From Candidatus Coprenecus sp. (lineage in GTDB: Bacteria; Bacteroidota; Bacteroidia; Bacteroidales; UBA932), in the NCBI GenBank assembly GCA_045644725.1, contig JAZRHK010000136.1, positions 1 to 62,744 on the forward strand: a stretch of DNA of 62,744 bases. Direction: 5' to 3'. Below the pieces are notes generated by a model. That model did not search any database. It was not told the origin of the DNA and saw nothing but the letters and a program-made list of their open reading frames with translations. Positions 1 to 10,218 of this stretch are shown piece after piece; position 1 is the first letter of the stretch; the number at the start of each line of letters is the position of its first letter. Position numbers and translations under genes: made by a program.

Positions 1-723
1 GATAGCTGCAATAGCCTCTTCCTCTGTATCGCATGCGAAGTGGGCAACACCAGATTTTGAAGCGTGAACAGAAGCGCCACCAAGTTGTTCCTGGGTAACT
101 TTCTCACCAAGTACCTGTTGTACTACAGCAGGACCTGTCAAGAACATATAGCTGGTACCTTTGGTCATGATGTTGAAGTCGGTAAGGGCTGGAGAATATA
201 CAGCACCACCTGCGCAAGGACCAAGGATAGCAGAAATCTGAGGAACAACACCAGATGCAAGGATGTTTCTTTCGAAGATCTCAGCATAACCTGCAAGTGC
301 GTTAACACCTTCCTGGATACGTGCTCCACCTGAGTCGTTAAGACCGATGATAGGGGCACCCATCTTCATAGCCTGATCCATAACTTTACAGATCTTCATT
401 GCAAGGGTCTCAGAAAGTGAACCGCCGAATACGGTGAAATCCTGTGCAAATACGTAAACCAATCTGCCGTCTACTGTACCGTAACCTGTTACAACGCCAT
501 CACCAAGGAATGTAGTTTTCTCCATTCCGAAGTTAGTACAACGGTGAGTCACGAACATATCGAATTCCTCGAAGCTACCTTCGTCAAGAAGCATCTGGAT
601 TCTTTCGCGAGCTGTGAATTTACCTTTTTCGTGCTGAGAGTCGATTCTTTTTTGACCACCACCAAGGCGAGCCTTTTCACGAAGTTCAATCAGCGCTTTA
701 ACTTGTTCAAGTTGTTTGCTCAT
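1..723 (-). CDS. methylmalonyl-CoA carboxyltransferase / propionyl-CoA carboxylase beta-chain family, N-terminal part (gene runs past window start)
   Basis: Not in ORF track because it is open at the window edge. Hand translation of the minus strand from ATG at 723-721 gives [57 protein letters not shown]...[24 protein letters not shown]...[18 protein letters not shown], a typical carboxyltransferase N-domain. It lies directly downstream of the epimerase gene. Confidence 0.8.
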   Translation of the reverse strand, partial: MSKQLEQVKALIELREKARLGGGQKRIDSQHEKGKFTARERIQMLLDEGSFEEFDMFVTHRCTNFGMEKTTFLGDGVVTGYGTVDGRLVYVFAQDFTVFGGSLSETLAMKICKVMDQAMKMGAPIIGLNDSGGARIQEGVNALAGYAEIFERNILASGVVPQISAILGPCAGGAVYSPALTDFNIMTKGTSYMFLTGPAVVQQVLGEKVTQEQLGGASVHASKSGVAHFACDTEEEAIAAI

Positions 724-747
724 AGTATCTGATTTTATATTGTTGTT

Positions 748-1167
748 TTATTTGGTTTCGTTAGGGTTTTCACAAAGTTCAGTAAGAACACCTACAGTTG
801 ATTTTGGATGAAGGAATGCGATGTTAAGACCTTCAGCACCTTTACGAGGAGCTTTGTCGATAAGTTTTACACCTTTGCCCTCAAGTTCTACAAGTGCATT
901 CTGAACACCGTCAGCTACAGAGAATGCGATGTGGTGGATACCCTCACCTCTTTTCTCGATAAAGCTAGCGATAGTTCCGTCAGGAGATGTGCTTTCCAAA
1001 AGCTCAATTTTGGTTTGACCGATTTTCAAGAATGCGGTTTTAACTTTTTGGTCAGCTACTTCTTCGATAGCGTAGCATTTTAGGCCAAGAACGTTTTCAT
1101 AATATGGAAGTGCCTCGTCGATAGATTTGACAGCGATTCCAATGTGTTCGATGTGCGATAAGTTCAT
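748..1167 (-). CDS. mce: methylmalonyl-CoA epimerase (glyoxalase/VOC fold)
   Basis: 139 aa. IEHIGIAV...ELLE...GEGIHHIAF...FLHPKST pattern of VOC-family epimerases. ATG start at 1167. Adjacent to the carboxyltransferase gene. Confidence 0.85.
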   Translation of the reverse strand: MNLSHIEHIGIAVKSIDEALPYYENVLGLKCYAIEEVADQKVKTAFLKIGQTKIELLESTSPDGTIASFIEKRGEGIHHIAFSVADGVQNALVELEGKGVKLIDKAPRKGAEGLNIAFLHPKSTVGVLTELCENPNETK

Positions 1168-1203
1168 AATGCTTTATTTTATATAATTGTATTTGTAGTT
1201 TGA

Positions 1204-1953
1204 TTATTCTGCCATTGACATTGTGTGATATACGTTCTGTACATCATCATCGTCCTCTATTTTGGCAAGGAGTTTTTCCACTGCCTCTTTCTGCTCTCCG
1301 ATAAGAGATTTCAAAGGTACATTTGGTATCCTTTCGAAACCACCTGAGATAAGTTCGAAGCCGTTCTCCTCGATGTATTTTTGGATGGCACCATAAGAGC
1401 CGAAATCACCGTAGATAACAATCTGTTTTACTACAGTGCCGTCTTCTTTCTCGTCCTCATCCATATATACCTCATCAACGCCAAGGTCGATAAGTTCAAG
1501 CTCAAGCTCTTCAAGATCGACAGGCTTGTCACCTTTTACCTTGAAAACAGATTTGTGGTCAAACATAAACTCTACACTGCCTTGAGTGCCAAGTGCACCC
1601 CCAAATTTGGTAAAGTAGCTGCGGATGTTTGCTACAGTTCTGTTGTTGTTGTCGGTAGCGGTCTCAACAAGGATTGCGATACCGTGAGGACCGTAGCCTT
1701 CGTATACAAGCTCCTTGTAATCGCTCTGGTCTTTCTCTACAGCCCTCTTGATAGCCCTTTCGATATTCTCTTTAGGCATATTCTCAGAACGGGCGTTCTG
1801 GATAAGGGTCCTCAGACGTGGGTTATTTGCTGGATCTGTACCGCCAGCTTTTGCTGCGATGGTGATCTCTTTTCCGATTCTGGTGAAAACGCGGGCCATG
1901 TTGCCCCAACGTTTGAATTTACGTTCTTTTCTGAACTCAAATGCTCTTCCCAT
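1204..1953 (-). CDS. YebC/PmpR family DNA-binding transcriptional regulator
   Basis: 249 aa. MGRAFEFRKERKFKRWGNMARVFTRIGKEI...NPRLR...A...NMPKENIERAIKRA is the hallmark YebC N-terminus. Confidence 0.9.
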   Translation of the reverse strand: MGRAFEFRKERKFKRWGNMARVFTRIGKEITIAAKAGGTDPANNPRLRTLIQNARSENMPKENIERAIKRAVEKDQSDYKELVYEGYGPHGIAILVETATDNNNRTVANIRSYFTKFGGALGTQGSVEFMFDHKSVFKVKGDKPVDLEELELELIDLGVDEVYMDEDEKEDGTVVKQIVIYGDFGSYGAIQKYIEENGFELISGGFERIPNVPLKSLIGEQKEAVEKLLAKIEDDDDVQNVYHTMSMAE

Positions 1954-1977
1954 ACCTTAAATAATAGTAGTGTTAGC

Positions 1978-2655
1978 TTATTTTACTTGAATTCTGTTGA
2001 TGTATTTCTCCACTTCGTACCCTTCCAGTGTCTGAGGGTAATCTTTTTTGATTCTCTCATATAGAGAAAGTGCTTTGGCGTTGTCACCAATTTCCTCTGC
2101 GATAAGGCCTGCTTTGAGAAGATAACCGGCAGCATAAGCATTATTTGCGTAGTTTGCAGCTTTCTCGTATTGGGCAAGAGCCGATTTGTAATCCTCTTTC
2201 ATGGCATAAGCATCACCAATAAGGCAGATGACTCTTGCTGCCATAATCTCATCTTTTGAATTGTATTTCTTCAAATATGAAATGGCGTTCTCTGCATTGC
2301 CTAGCTGAAGCTCGCAGATGCCGGCATACAAGTAAACTGCAGCACCGCCCTTTTTGCCATATTCGTCAATGATCTGTGCAAAGCCAAGTGCGTTTCCGTC
2401 ACCGTTCAAAGCCTCTTCGAAAATTCCTGCACGGAAATATTGCTCAGCCACGAATGTCTGGTTGGCAGCTTCTGCTTTCATGGGTTTTACATAGAACTGG
2501 ATAATGGCCAAAATTACAACTGCCACTGCTACTGCTGCAGCACATACGATGGTCAGTTTTTTACCGTTTTCCTTGAAAAAAAGTTCAGCTTTAGATACAG
2601 CTTCACCAACGTTTGGTGCTGTCTCAATGTTCTGATTTTTAGATTGTTTAGTCAT
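1978..2655 (-). CDS. membrane-anchored tetratricopeptide-repeat protein (YfgM-like architecture)
   Basis: ORF 1978..2694 starts on GTG. The first ATG is at 2655 (MTKQSKNQ...). It has one TM helix (LTIVCAAAVAVAVVILAIIQF) followed by TPR-like repeats. Confidence 0.6.
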   Translation of the reverse strand: MTKQSKNQNIETAPNVGEAVSKAELFFKENGKKLTIVCAAAVAVAVVILAIIQFYVKPMKAEAANQTFVAEQYFRAGIFEEALNGDGNALGFAQIIDEYGKKGGAAVYLYAGICELQLGNAENAISYLKKYNSKDEIMAARVICLIGDAYAMKEDYKSALAQYEKAANYANNAYAAGYLLKAGLIAEEIGDNAKALSLYERIKKDYPQTLEGYEVEKYINRIQVK

Positions 2656-2785
2656 TGTTATGGATTTTAATATTATTTGCCAAAATTTTATCACGCAAAT
2701 ATAGCAAAAACCAATGGAACTAACCTAATATTAAATTAATAATTTTATCAACAATTTCTTATCTTCGCACTCAAATAGACAGGTA

Positions 2786-3880
2786 ATGTACATTAAAAGG
2801 ATTATACTTTCAAACTTTAAGAATATACAGTCGGCAGACTTGACTTTCTCTCCGAGAATAAATTGCATATATGGTGATAACGGTGAGGGAAAGACCAATT
2901 TGCTGGATGCTGTCCACTACTTGTCGATGACCAAGAGCTTTCTTCAGTCATCTGACAGATTTACATATACTTACGGTTCGCAGGAGGCGGCGCTTTGCGG
3001 CTACTATGATATGGGAGGATATGAAGACAAGATATCTGTTTGCGTCAAATCTTCAGGTGAAAAAACAGTGAAGAAAAATGATAAGAACTACCCTAAAATT
3101 TCGGAACATATAGGGCATGTTCCGGTAGTGGTGATATCTCCGTCTGATACATCTCTGATAAATGATTCTGGAGAGGAGAGGCGAAGATTCATGAATATTG
3201 TACTCTCACAGACAGATCCACAGTACTTGCGGGCCATACAGGGGTACAACAGGGTTTTACAGCAGAGAAACAAACTTCTTAAAGCCGAGGTTGCCCCTTC
3301 AAAAATACTCCTTGAGGCTTTCTCTCTCCAGCTTCAGAGGGATGGTGATTACATATTCAGGAAGAGGGGGGAGTTGGCTGATGAATTGAATCAGTTGTCG
3401 GCATATTTTTACAATATTCTTTCGGATGCTAAGGAGAGTGTCTCACTCGAGTACATTTCTGATCTCAAAAAAGGTACGATGAATGAACTGCTGGATAGCT
3501 CATACAGCAGGGATATAGCTCTGAAATATACCTCTGTAGGTATCCAGAAGGACGATTATGACTTTCTTATGAATGGTTATCCCATGAAGAAATGCTCCTC
3601 TCAAGGACAGCAGAAAACCTTCCTTATATCTTTGAAGCTTGCACAGCTTTCTATGATGAAAAAGAGGTACGGATTTTCTCCAATTCTCCTCCTTGACGAT
3701 GTTTTCGACAAGCTTGATATGAAGAGGGTGGAGCTCCTCATAAGTATGGTTTTGAGAGAAGGCTTTGGCCAGCTTTTTGTTACAGATTCCAATAAGGTAA
3801 GAGTGTCTGACCTGGTGAGGAAACTTGATAGTGAATGCAGATTCTACACGGTTACAAAAGGTGAATTTGTCCAGATTTGA
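2786..3880 (+). CDS. recF: DNA replication and repair protein RecF
   Basis: 364 aa. N-terminal Walker A GDNGEGKTNLLDA, SMC-like signature SQGQQKTF and Walker B LLLDDV. Confidence 0.9.
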   Translation: MYIKRIILSNFKNIQSADLTFSPRINCIYGDNGEGKTNLLDAVHYLSMTKSFLQSSDRFTYTYGSQEAALCGYYDMGGYEDKISVCVKSSGEKTVKKNDKNYPKISEHIGHVPVVVISPSDTSLINDSGEERRRFMNIVLSQTDPQYLRAIQGYNRVLQQRNKLLKAEVAPSKILLEAFSLQLQRDGDYIFRKRGELADELNQLSAYFYNILSDAKESVSLEYISDLKKGTMNELLDSSYSRDIALKYTSVGIQKDDYDFLMNGYPMKKCSSQGQQKTFLISLKLAQLSMMKKRYGFSPILLLDDVFDKLDMKRVELLISMVLREGFGQLFVTDSNKVRVSDLVRKLDSECRFYTVTKGEFVQI

Positions 3881-3882
3881 TT

Positions 3883-4179
3883 ATGAAGAGGGTGGATCCT
3901 ATAATGTTGGATGAACTTGTGGCTGTTTTTACCCGAAGGCTGGGTATAGACGGCGACCTCAAGAGGGTGCGTGTGTATCAGGCATGGGATGATGTTGTGG
4001 GGTTAAGGGTTGCAAAGGCTACCGCCAAAAAGTTTTACAGGGACAAGGACAGGATACTCTTCATTACCATGAACTCCTCTCCCTTGGCAAACCAGCTCTA
4101 TTTCCAGTCGGAGCTCATAAAGAGGAGGCTGAATGAAGAACTCAAGGAAGAATTGATCAATAAAGTGGTAATCAGATGA
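3883..4179 (+). CDS. DUF721-like small protein that follows recF
   Basis: ORF 3877 starts on TTG; the first ATG is at 3883. Its size and position immediately after recF match the conserved Bacteroidetes recF-DUF721 pair. Confidence 0.55.
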   Translation: MKRVDPIMLDELVAVFTRRLGIDGDLKRVRVYQAWDDVVGLRVAKATAKKFYRDKDRILFITMNSSPLANQLYFQSELIKRRLNEELKEELINKVVIR

Positions 4180-5222
4180 TAAAGGTAGTTGCAGATATTG
4201 ATATCCCCTATTTGAAGGGTGTGCTTGAACCTTTTGCGCAGGTGGTGTATATGAAAGGGAAGGAGATTGGCTGTGCGGCTGTCAAGGATGCCGACGCTCT
4301 TTTTGTCAGGACACGCACCAATTGCAACAGCGCTCTTTTAGAGGGTTCCGCAGTGCAGTTCATTTCGTCTGCCACCATCGGTACAGATCATATCGATCTT
4401 GATTATCTCGCTTCGCGCAATATAGCATTTGCCAATGCTCCGGGGTGCAATGCCGGAGGAGTGATGCAGTATGTTCACACGGCCCTATTTGCTGTTGCCT
4501 CAGCCAAAGGTATCGAACTTCAGGGGAAGACCTTAGGTGTTATAGGTGTGGGTAATACAGGAGGGAAGGTGGCTTCCCTTGGAGAGTATCTGGGGTTCAG
4601 GGTGCTGCGCAATGACCCTCCGAAAGAGGCAGTGTCAGAGGATAAAAGCCTCTATTGTCCATTGGAATACCTTCTTGGAAATTCCGATATTGTAACAATG
4701 CATGTGCCTCTTGACAAAACCACCCGTTCCATGGCAGGGGAGGAGTTCTTCTCCAGAATCAGGCCCGGTTCCATTTTTATAAATGCCTCGCGAGGAGAGG
4801 TGGTGTGTGATGGTGCACTTCTGACCAAAAGGGGGGAGCTGGCCGCTCTGGTCCTTGATGTGTGGAATGGTGAGCCAGGTGCAATACCACAGGCACTTAT
4901 TGATGCAGCTGATATTGCTACTCCTCATATTGCAGGCTATTCATACGAGGGGAAAATCAATGGTACTGCCATGTCTGTGCAGGCTTTTGCCAGACATTTC
5001 GGAATTGCAGAACTGATGGATTTTACCCCGGAACATACCCCTGTCCCGAAGGTGGAATTGCGTGCTCCCGATGGGACTCTTCTCCCTACCGGGGAGGTGG
5101 CAGCAAGACTGCTTGAAATGTTTCCGATATACGGGCTGGACAGTGCATTAAGGGGAAATCCTGCCTGTTTTGAGAAGATACGTTCAGAGTATAAATACAG
5201 GAGGGAGTTTGTATGGCAATAA
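4176..5222 (+). CDS. pdxB: 4-phosphoerythronate dehydrogenase / D-2-hydroxyacid dehydrogenase family
   Basis: 348 aa. NAD Rossmann motif GVIGVGNTGGKV. The catalytic region ...NASRGEV...D...TPHIAGYS is typical of D-isomer 2-hydroxyacid dehydrogenases. ATGA overlap with the upstream gene. Confidence 0.7.
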   Translation: MIKVVADIDIPYLKGVLEPFAQVVYMKGKEIGCAAVKDADALFVRTRTNCNSALLEGSAVQFISSATIGTDHIDLDYLASRNIAFANAPGCNAGGVMQYVHTALFAVASAKGIELQGKTLGVIGVGNTGGKVASLGEYLGFRVLRNDPPKEAVSEDKSLYCPLEYLLGNSDIVTMHVPLDKTTRSMAGEEFFSRIRPGSIFINASRGEVVCDGALLTKRGELAALVLDVWNGEPGAIPQALIDAADIATPHIAGYSYEGKINGTAMSVQAFARHFGIAELMDFTPEHTPVPKVELRAPDGTLLPTGEVAARLLEMFPIYGLDSALRGNPACFEKIRSEYKYRREFVWQ

Positions 5223-5905
5223 AGAAAATTCTAACCCTATATGCAATGGCGCTTTTTGCGACTGCCGCACTGTTCGGACAGTCGGGAGCCGGCTATTTTT
5301 GCACTAGGGAGGGGGCATCATTGGAATATGTCCGCACAAAAGCTAACGGAGATGTGGAGTGGTATCACACTATGAAGGTAGTAGATGTGTTTGAAAATGA
5401 AGCTGATACCATTGTTCATTATACTTCCCATATGCTGAATCATAAGGGGAAGCCTGTGTATGGTGATACCCCTGTTGTCCTTACCGCTGTGGTCAATAGC
5501 AGTGGTGTAGCCCTGAATGTCTCGGAGTCAGTGGCTGCTGTAATCAGGACACTGCTCCCGAACAATGCCAAAATCGTGTCAGAGGGTGGACACTCTTTCC
5601 TCCCTTCAGATATGGCCCCAGGTGATACCCTTCCAGACATCTCTTCTTATGTGAAAGTTTACGGAATGGGGATGAATGTTACTGTTTATGACCGGCAGGT
5701 GTTGCGTTTTGAAACAATCACAACACCGGCAGGCAGTTTTGATTGTATAGTGGTGAGGGAGACCAAGCTGGAGAAAGGACTTGGTCGCCACAGACACACT
5801 ACAGCATATACTTGGTATGTCCCTAGTATAGGGATGGTCAGACACGATACTCACGATACAAACCTTCGTCTCCTTACCTCAGAGGTCCTTACTGCGATCC
5901 GATAA
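5213..5905 (+). CDS. hypothetical secreted protein
   Basis: 230 aa with an N-terminal signal peptide (MAIKKILTLYAMALFATAALFGQ). No recognisable catalytic motif. Confidence 0.5.
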   Translation: MAIKKILTLYAMALFATAALFGQSGAGYFCTREGASLEYVRTKANGDVEWYHTMKVVDVFENEADTIVHYTSHMLNHKGKPVYGDTPVVLTAVVNSSGVALNVSESVAAVIRTLLPNNAKIVSEGGHSFLPSDMAPGDTLPDISSYVKVYGMGMNVTVYDRQVLRFETITTPAGSFDCIVVRETKLEKGLGRHRHTTAYTWYVPSIGMVRHDTHDTNLRLLTSEVLTAIR

Positions 5906-6674
5906 ACTTTATCCTGAAGCAACAGCTTTTTCCGTAGCTGTTTTCAAAAACATCTGTGTTGAGCTCCATCGTGATGACAGATATATTGTCATGCAGCGCC
6001 ATGGACCTTTGGGTGACAGATACCCCTTTCAATTTGGGGAAGTTGGGGAAATCATCATTGTAACTGACAGATGAACCGCTCATTCTGAAGTGGTCCCTCA
6101 CATTTGAGAAGGTTGTTTCGTCGTAGTGGAAGCCTTGGTCTACGATATATATGTTCTCAATAACAATCTTCTCCTCCGTTTCTTTGGGTATAAATTCAAG
6201 GAATTCAATCCTGAGTGTATCTTTTGGAACATGGCACTCGAATATGCGGGTTATTTTGCTGATGCCGTCCCCTTCCCCGTTGTGCTCTATCATGGGAAAA
6301 TATCTGTCCAATCCGTTTATTTTGAGGTGAAGACCGGTGTTGCTGTAAAGCTGGGACATGAATTCACAATTTTCAGATTTGTTGTCATATGTGGCAGTAA
6401 TTATCCCTTCCCCATCTCTGATATAATCTATATAGCAGCTTTTCCCATTGTCGATAGGTGTGAGTTTTACTATGTCATGAGGTTCCGAAGACCAGTCAAT
6501 CCCATCGGGAATGTTGTCTCCAATGGTGTTGATGGTTGCACCCTGGTCTGAAGTGATGAGTGTTCTGTGTGTGTCGATCCCCCAGTTGTACTCTTTTCTG
6601 GAGATTAGCCTGTCTGTCCAAAGACATGACTGGCATACAAGGGTGGCAATCAATGCAAAGATTATTTTATTCAT
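5889..6674 (-). CDS. hypothetical lipoprotein, last gene of the type V pilus operon
   Basis: 261 aa. Signal peptide plus Cys (ALIATLVCQSC). Overlaps the upstream 907-aa gene by 8 nt. Confidence 0.45.
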   Translation of the reverse strand: MNKIIFALIATLVCQSCLWTDRLISRKEYNWGIDTHRTLITSDQGATINTIGDNIPDGIDWSSEPHDIVKLTPIDNGKSCYIDYIRDGEGIITATYDNKSENCEFMSQLYSNTGLHLKINGLDRYFPMIEHNGEGDGISKITRIFECHVPKDTLRIEFLEFIPKETEEKIVIENIYIVDQGFHYDETTFSNVRDHFRMSGSSVSYNDDFPNFPKLKGVSVTQRSMALHDNISVITMELNTDVFENSYGKSCCFRIKFIGSQ

Positions 6675-9390
6675 ATTTCCAATTTGTTGTCACATTGAGC
6701 CATTTTGGGGATTGCCTTATGAAAAAATATCCGGAGTTGTCCATTTTCAGTGCGATCCCGTCGGTTCCGGTAGATGTTATGCTTCCATCCTGATTCTTAA
6801 GATGACTTATTGGAGCAATACGGTCCTTTATGCTTTTTTCAGGATAGGGCTCATTGGCAGGATTGTATTTGAAAGAGAACTGGCTCATGCCGGATATCTC
6901 CTCAGGTTCATTTGAGGGTCCGCTCAGATAATTGTAGCCAAAATAGCTGTTTGTCATTACTATCCTGAAAAGCGGCTCTCTGGTGAAGTTGAATACCCAT
7001 TCCGGATGAGTGTTGAGCATCTTCCAGGACAAGTCGGACCATTGGGAGAGTATCTCATAGTCTCCTGTTACCTCGTCTTTTCCCTTGTCAAAACTATTGA
7101 AGTCTGCTGACAGTGCATATTCAAGATACAGGTATACATCTACTTGGATTCTATTGGACATATAGTCGCCTGTTTTAGCTTGGAGGTAGTATCTTCCAGA
7201 TGCGTTGTTTTTTGCTTTCAATGCATTTGATGCAGATATCTCAAAATAATCTGAAAATGCTACTTGCTGATTGTTGGAATCGTAGACAAGCCACTCTATG
7301 GAAGCAGAAGGTTCACAATCTACGGTCAGAACAATAGAGCGGGGGAATCCCTCGATATTTGTAGTGGAGTTGTCGGGGTTGAGCAGTCTGTCGCCATTTG
7401 CAGATATTCTTATGGCTGGGAGTATCTCAATATTTGAGGTTGAATATGCACCTGTTATCGATTTTGCCATTATGGTAGCATGCCCTTCCTTTAATGGTGT
7501 TATTGTGCCATCTGAATCTATCGTTGCCAATTCGATATTGCTGCAAATCCATTCGTATCCGGCGTCAGAAGGGGCTAAGTGTGTCACAGTAGCCCTGCTT
7601 TGTGTTCCAACTCTCAATTTTTCAGCAGTTTCAATCGAAATGTTGCCGATATTGACCACTATATCCCTGTTACTCTCTTTTCCGTTCATTGATGCGGTGA
7701 GGGTATATCTTCCTATCTCTCCATTTCTGATGCCTCCATTGTAAAATGCAGTAAGTCTGTTTTCTTCCAGAGTAAGGCACTCTTCTCCGGATCTCCTGGC
7801 CAAGGAGAAAATGGGCGTTCCTGGAGGATTGGAGTGATACATGATGTTGTATGGAGTGTTGTAGCAGGGGTAGAGTATCGGTATCTCTTCCAGAGAGAAG
7901 CTTTTATCCGTTACAGTAATGGTGGCAAAGGCTGTCAGTCCTTTATCCTGTGTGGTTGCTGTTATTTTGCACACACCCTCCGAAATGGCAGTCACTTCAC
8001 CTGTGGGGCTTACAGTGGCTGTGTTCGCATCGTCAGAACTCCAGAGGATAGACTTGTTGTTTGCCTCTGATGGGTATACTGTGGCGGTAAGCAGGGCATT
8101 TTCCCCTATGTACAGGTTAATGTTTTCCGGCGAGACAAATATGCTTTCCGGGTATATGTAGCTGTTGACGGTGATTTTACATTTCCCGGTAACGCAAGAT
8201 CCATCATTTGCAGTCGCATAAATAGTGCATACACCGTCTGAAATGCTTGTTACTGTGCCGTTTTTGTCCACTGTTGCTATAGCTGGATTATCAGAATGCC
8301 ATGATACGGAGTTGTTTTCAGCGTCGTCTGGGAGAACAACAGCTGTAAGGGGCAGATTCTCCCCGAGTCCGGTAAATGTGAGATCATTGGGGATGACCTC
8401 TATGGATGTGACAAGTTTTTTCAAGGAGGAAGTGTCTATTCTCCACGAGTCTTCATTTATCCCTTCACCAGAAAAAGTGGTGAGACAGGTGTACATTGTA
8501 TTTCTGGTGATGTCGAAATTGTCAAGCAACCTCCCGTCATGCAAATAGTATCTGTAAATGAGATCCTCGTCGTATAGTTTGTCGGAGAGGTATTGTACAG
8601 TGAATTCTATGTATGTGCACAAATCTTTGTATCCGTCAGGAGGTATGTGGCTTCTCTGGTCGGTGTTTTCCGGAAGGAGGTCCCCTTGCATATTTTCAGG
8701 TATATAGAAGTCCAGCCCGGTGGTGTAGATAGGTAAAATGTCTGTCCCTTGTCTGCACTCTCCAACGGGGATTATATCTTCAGTAGAGGACGCTTTACCC
8801 TCCTGGAAGTATCCTACAGATTTATTTACATTTCTCAACCTTACCTGAGTTATATCAAAGGTTTTGACAGAAGGATCGAGATGAGTTTTGTCCACCTTCA
8901 CTCTGAATTTGGATAACAGCCTGGAAAGTTCTATCTGCACGATATCCCCATTCTGGTATCTCTGCAAAGGAATCTTTGCGCTCATAGGGATACCTTTTTC
9001 AGTGCCGGACAACGAAGATGGGCCGTCAAAATGGGCCTGCAGGGAGCATATGGATTGCTCGTCGGCGACACTTTTTGAACTGGTCAGGTCTCCAGAATTT
9101 GCTATCGCGTAGATACTGAACTCAGAATTGTCGGTGATGGCCATTGTTATATTTTCAGACAGATTTGAACTGTAATATGAGTAGGCCAGCAGTCCGCAGG
9201 GATTGTACAGCAATATGTTTATGTCGGAAATATCCGTTTCATCCACTTGTGCTGGTTCACCTTTGGTGTGCGGGTCATGATGGACAAGTTGGAAATTCAA
9301 AAATCCGGTCGGGGCTTCCCCCTTATCTTTGTTTTGGCAGGAGGTGAGAACCGAAAGGAGTGTCAGGAAAATGAAAATTTTTCTTTTCAT
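6667..9390 (-). CDS. large pilus-associated surface lipoprotein with fimbrillin-like N-terminal region and three Big_2 (bacterial Ig-like) domains
   Basis: 907 aa. Lipobox LSVLTSC. Three repeats of the pattern ...L.A.V.P..A.N..V.W.S.D..IATVD..G.VT....G...I.A... are typical of Big_2. Position matches tip or accessory subunits in Mfa-type operons. Confidence 0.6.
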   Translation of the reverse strand: MKRKIFIFLTLLSVLTSCQNKDKGEAPTGFLNFQLVHHDPHTKGEPAQVDETDISDINILLYNPCGLLAYSYYSSNLSENITMAITDNSEFSIYAIANSGDLTSSKSVADEQSICSLQAHFDGPSSLSGTEKGIPMSAKIPLQRYQNGDIVQIELSRLLSKFRVKVDKTHLDPSVKTFDITQVRLRNVNKSVGYFQEGKASSTEDIIPVGECRQGTDILPIYTTGLDFYIPENMQGDLLPENTDQRSHIPPDGYKDLCTYIEFTVQYLSDKLYDEDLIYRYYLHDGRLLDNFDITRNTMYTCLTTFSGEGINEDSWRIDTSSLKKLVTSIEVIPNDLTFTGLGENLPLTAVVLPDDAENNSVSWHSDNPAIATVDKNGTVTSISDGVCTIYATANDGSCVTGKCKITVNSYIYPESIFVSPENINLYIGENALLTATVYPSEANNKSILWSSDDANTATVSPTGEVTAISEGVCKITATTQDKGLTAFATITVTDKSFSLEEIPILYPCYNTPYNIMYHSNPPGTPIFSLARRSGEECLTLEENRLTAFYNGGIRNGEIGRYTLTASMNGKESNRDIVVNIGNISIETAEKLRVGTQSRATVTHLAPSDAGYEWICSNIELATIDSDGTITPLKEGHATIMAKSITGAYSTSNIEILPAIRISANGDRLLNPDNSTTNIEGFPRSIVLTVDCEPSASIEWLVYDSNNQQVAFSDYFEISASNALKAKNNASGRYYLQAKTGDYMSNRIQVDVYLYLEYALSADFNSFDKGKDEVTGDYEILSQWSDLSWKMLNTHPEWVFNFTREPLFRIVMTNSYFGYNYLSGPSNEPEEISGMSQFSFKYNPANEPYPEKSIKDRIAPISHLKNQDGSITSTGTDGIALKMDNSGYFFIRQSPKWLNVTTNWKYE

Positions 9391-9401
9391 AGTCAGGTAT
9401 T

Positions 9402-10217
9402 TTAGAATTTGAGGTCTATGTGTCCCATATCATCAAACTGGTCTATCCCAATTGATATTGACGGGAGAGATTGGTCGACTGTGATGTAAATGTCTTTTAA
9501 TGAAGCGTCATTCATGGATATTCCTGCATCAGACAATTTGTCCATTATGGACGTCTCATATATGAGCTTTGTTTTATTCGGTTCTGCAGGGCCAGTGGCA
9601 TAAATTTTCAATATCAGATGGCTGTCAATATTGTGTCTGGGGACCCTTGATGCGAAAAGGTAATAGTCTTCTTCATTTGTGGGCTCATGACAATTGGCAG
9701 GCCGGTGAAGGAATATGCCGTCTACCGCTCTTCCATCATTGGAATATCCTATTTTGTCACCCTCTATTTCAATATGTATTTTGCAGCTGTCCCTGCTTTT
9801 ACCCAATATTTTAACTATGACCCCCAGATTGTTTTTAGTGACAGAAATTTTTTCATTTATCAGATCCCTTCTGTAGTCAACTTGTGAAAAATGGGTGAAT
9901 ATGTTGTCAGATGGATAACCTGATGGAATTATATAGCCGTTGTCATATAAAGAGGTGTCCATGTTGCCGTAGACGGCAAGATGTCCATCTCCTCGAGGAA
10001 TGGCAATCTCATATTCCTCTTTGAAATTTTCTTTGCGGATGGTCTCAATATAAGTGGTCCCGTCCTGATACTCGAGAACCATATACAGGCTGTCTACCTC
10101 ATTTGGGGTATCCGAGAGATCCAGAGACATATATGCAGGGCACTTGTCGCGGTCTTCAAATATGCAGGATGTCAAAATGAGTATGAGAAAAGCTATTGTT
10201 GTCTGATATGCTTTCAT
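9402..10217 (-). CDS. FimB/Mfa2-family fimbrial anchor-like lipoprotein
   Basis: 271 aa. Lipobox ILTSC followed closely by a second Cys (DRDKCPAYMSLDLS), as in Mfa2/FimB. Located immediately after the major-subunit-like gene. Confidence 0.55.
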   Translation of the reverse strand: MKAYQTTIAFLILILTSCIFEDRDKCPAYMSLDLSDTPNEVDSLYMVLEYQDGTTYIETIRKENFKEEYEIAIPRGDGHLAVYGNMDTSLYDNGYIIPSGYPSDNIFTHFSQVDYRRDLINEKISVTKNNLGVIVKILGKSRDSCKIHIEIEGDKIGYSNDGRAVDGIFLHRPANCHEPTNEEDYYLFASRVPRHNIDSHLILKIYATGPAEPNKTKLIYETSIMDKLSDAGISMNDASLKDIYITVDQSLPSISIGIDQFDDMGHIDLKF

Positions 10218-10218
10218 G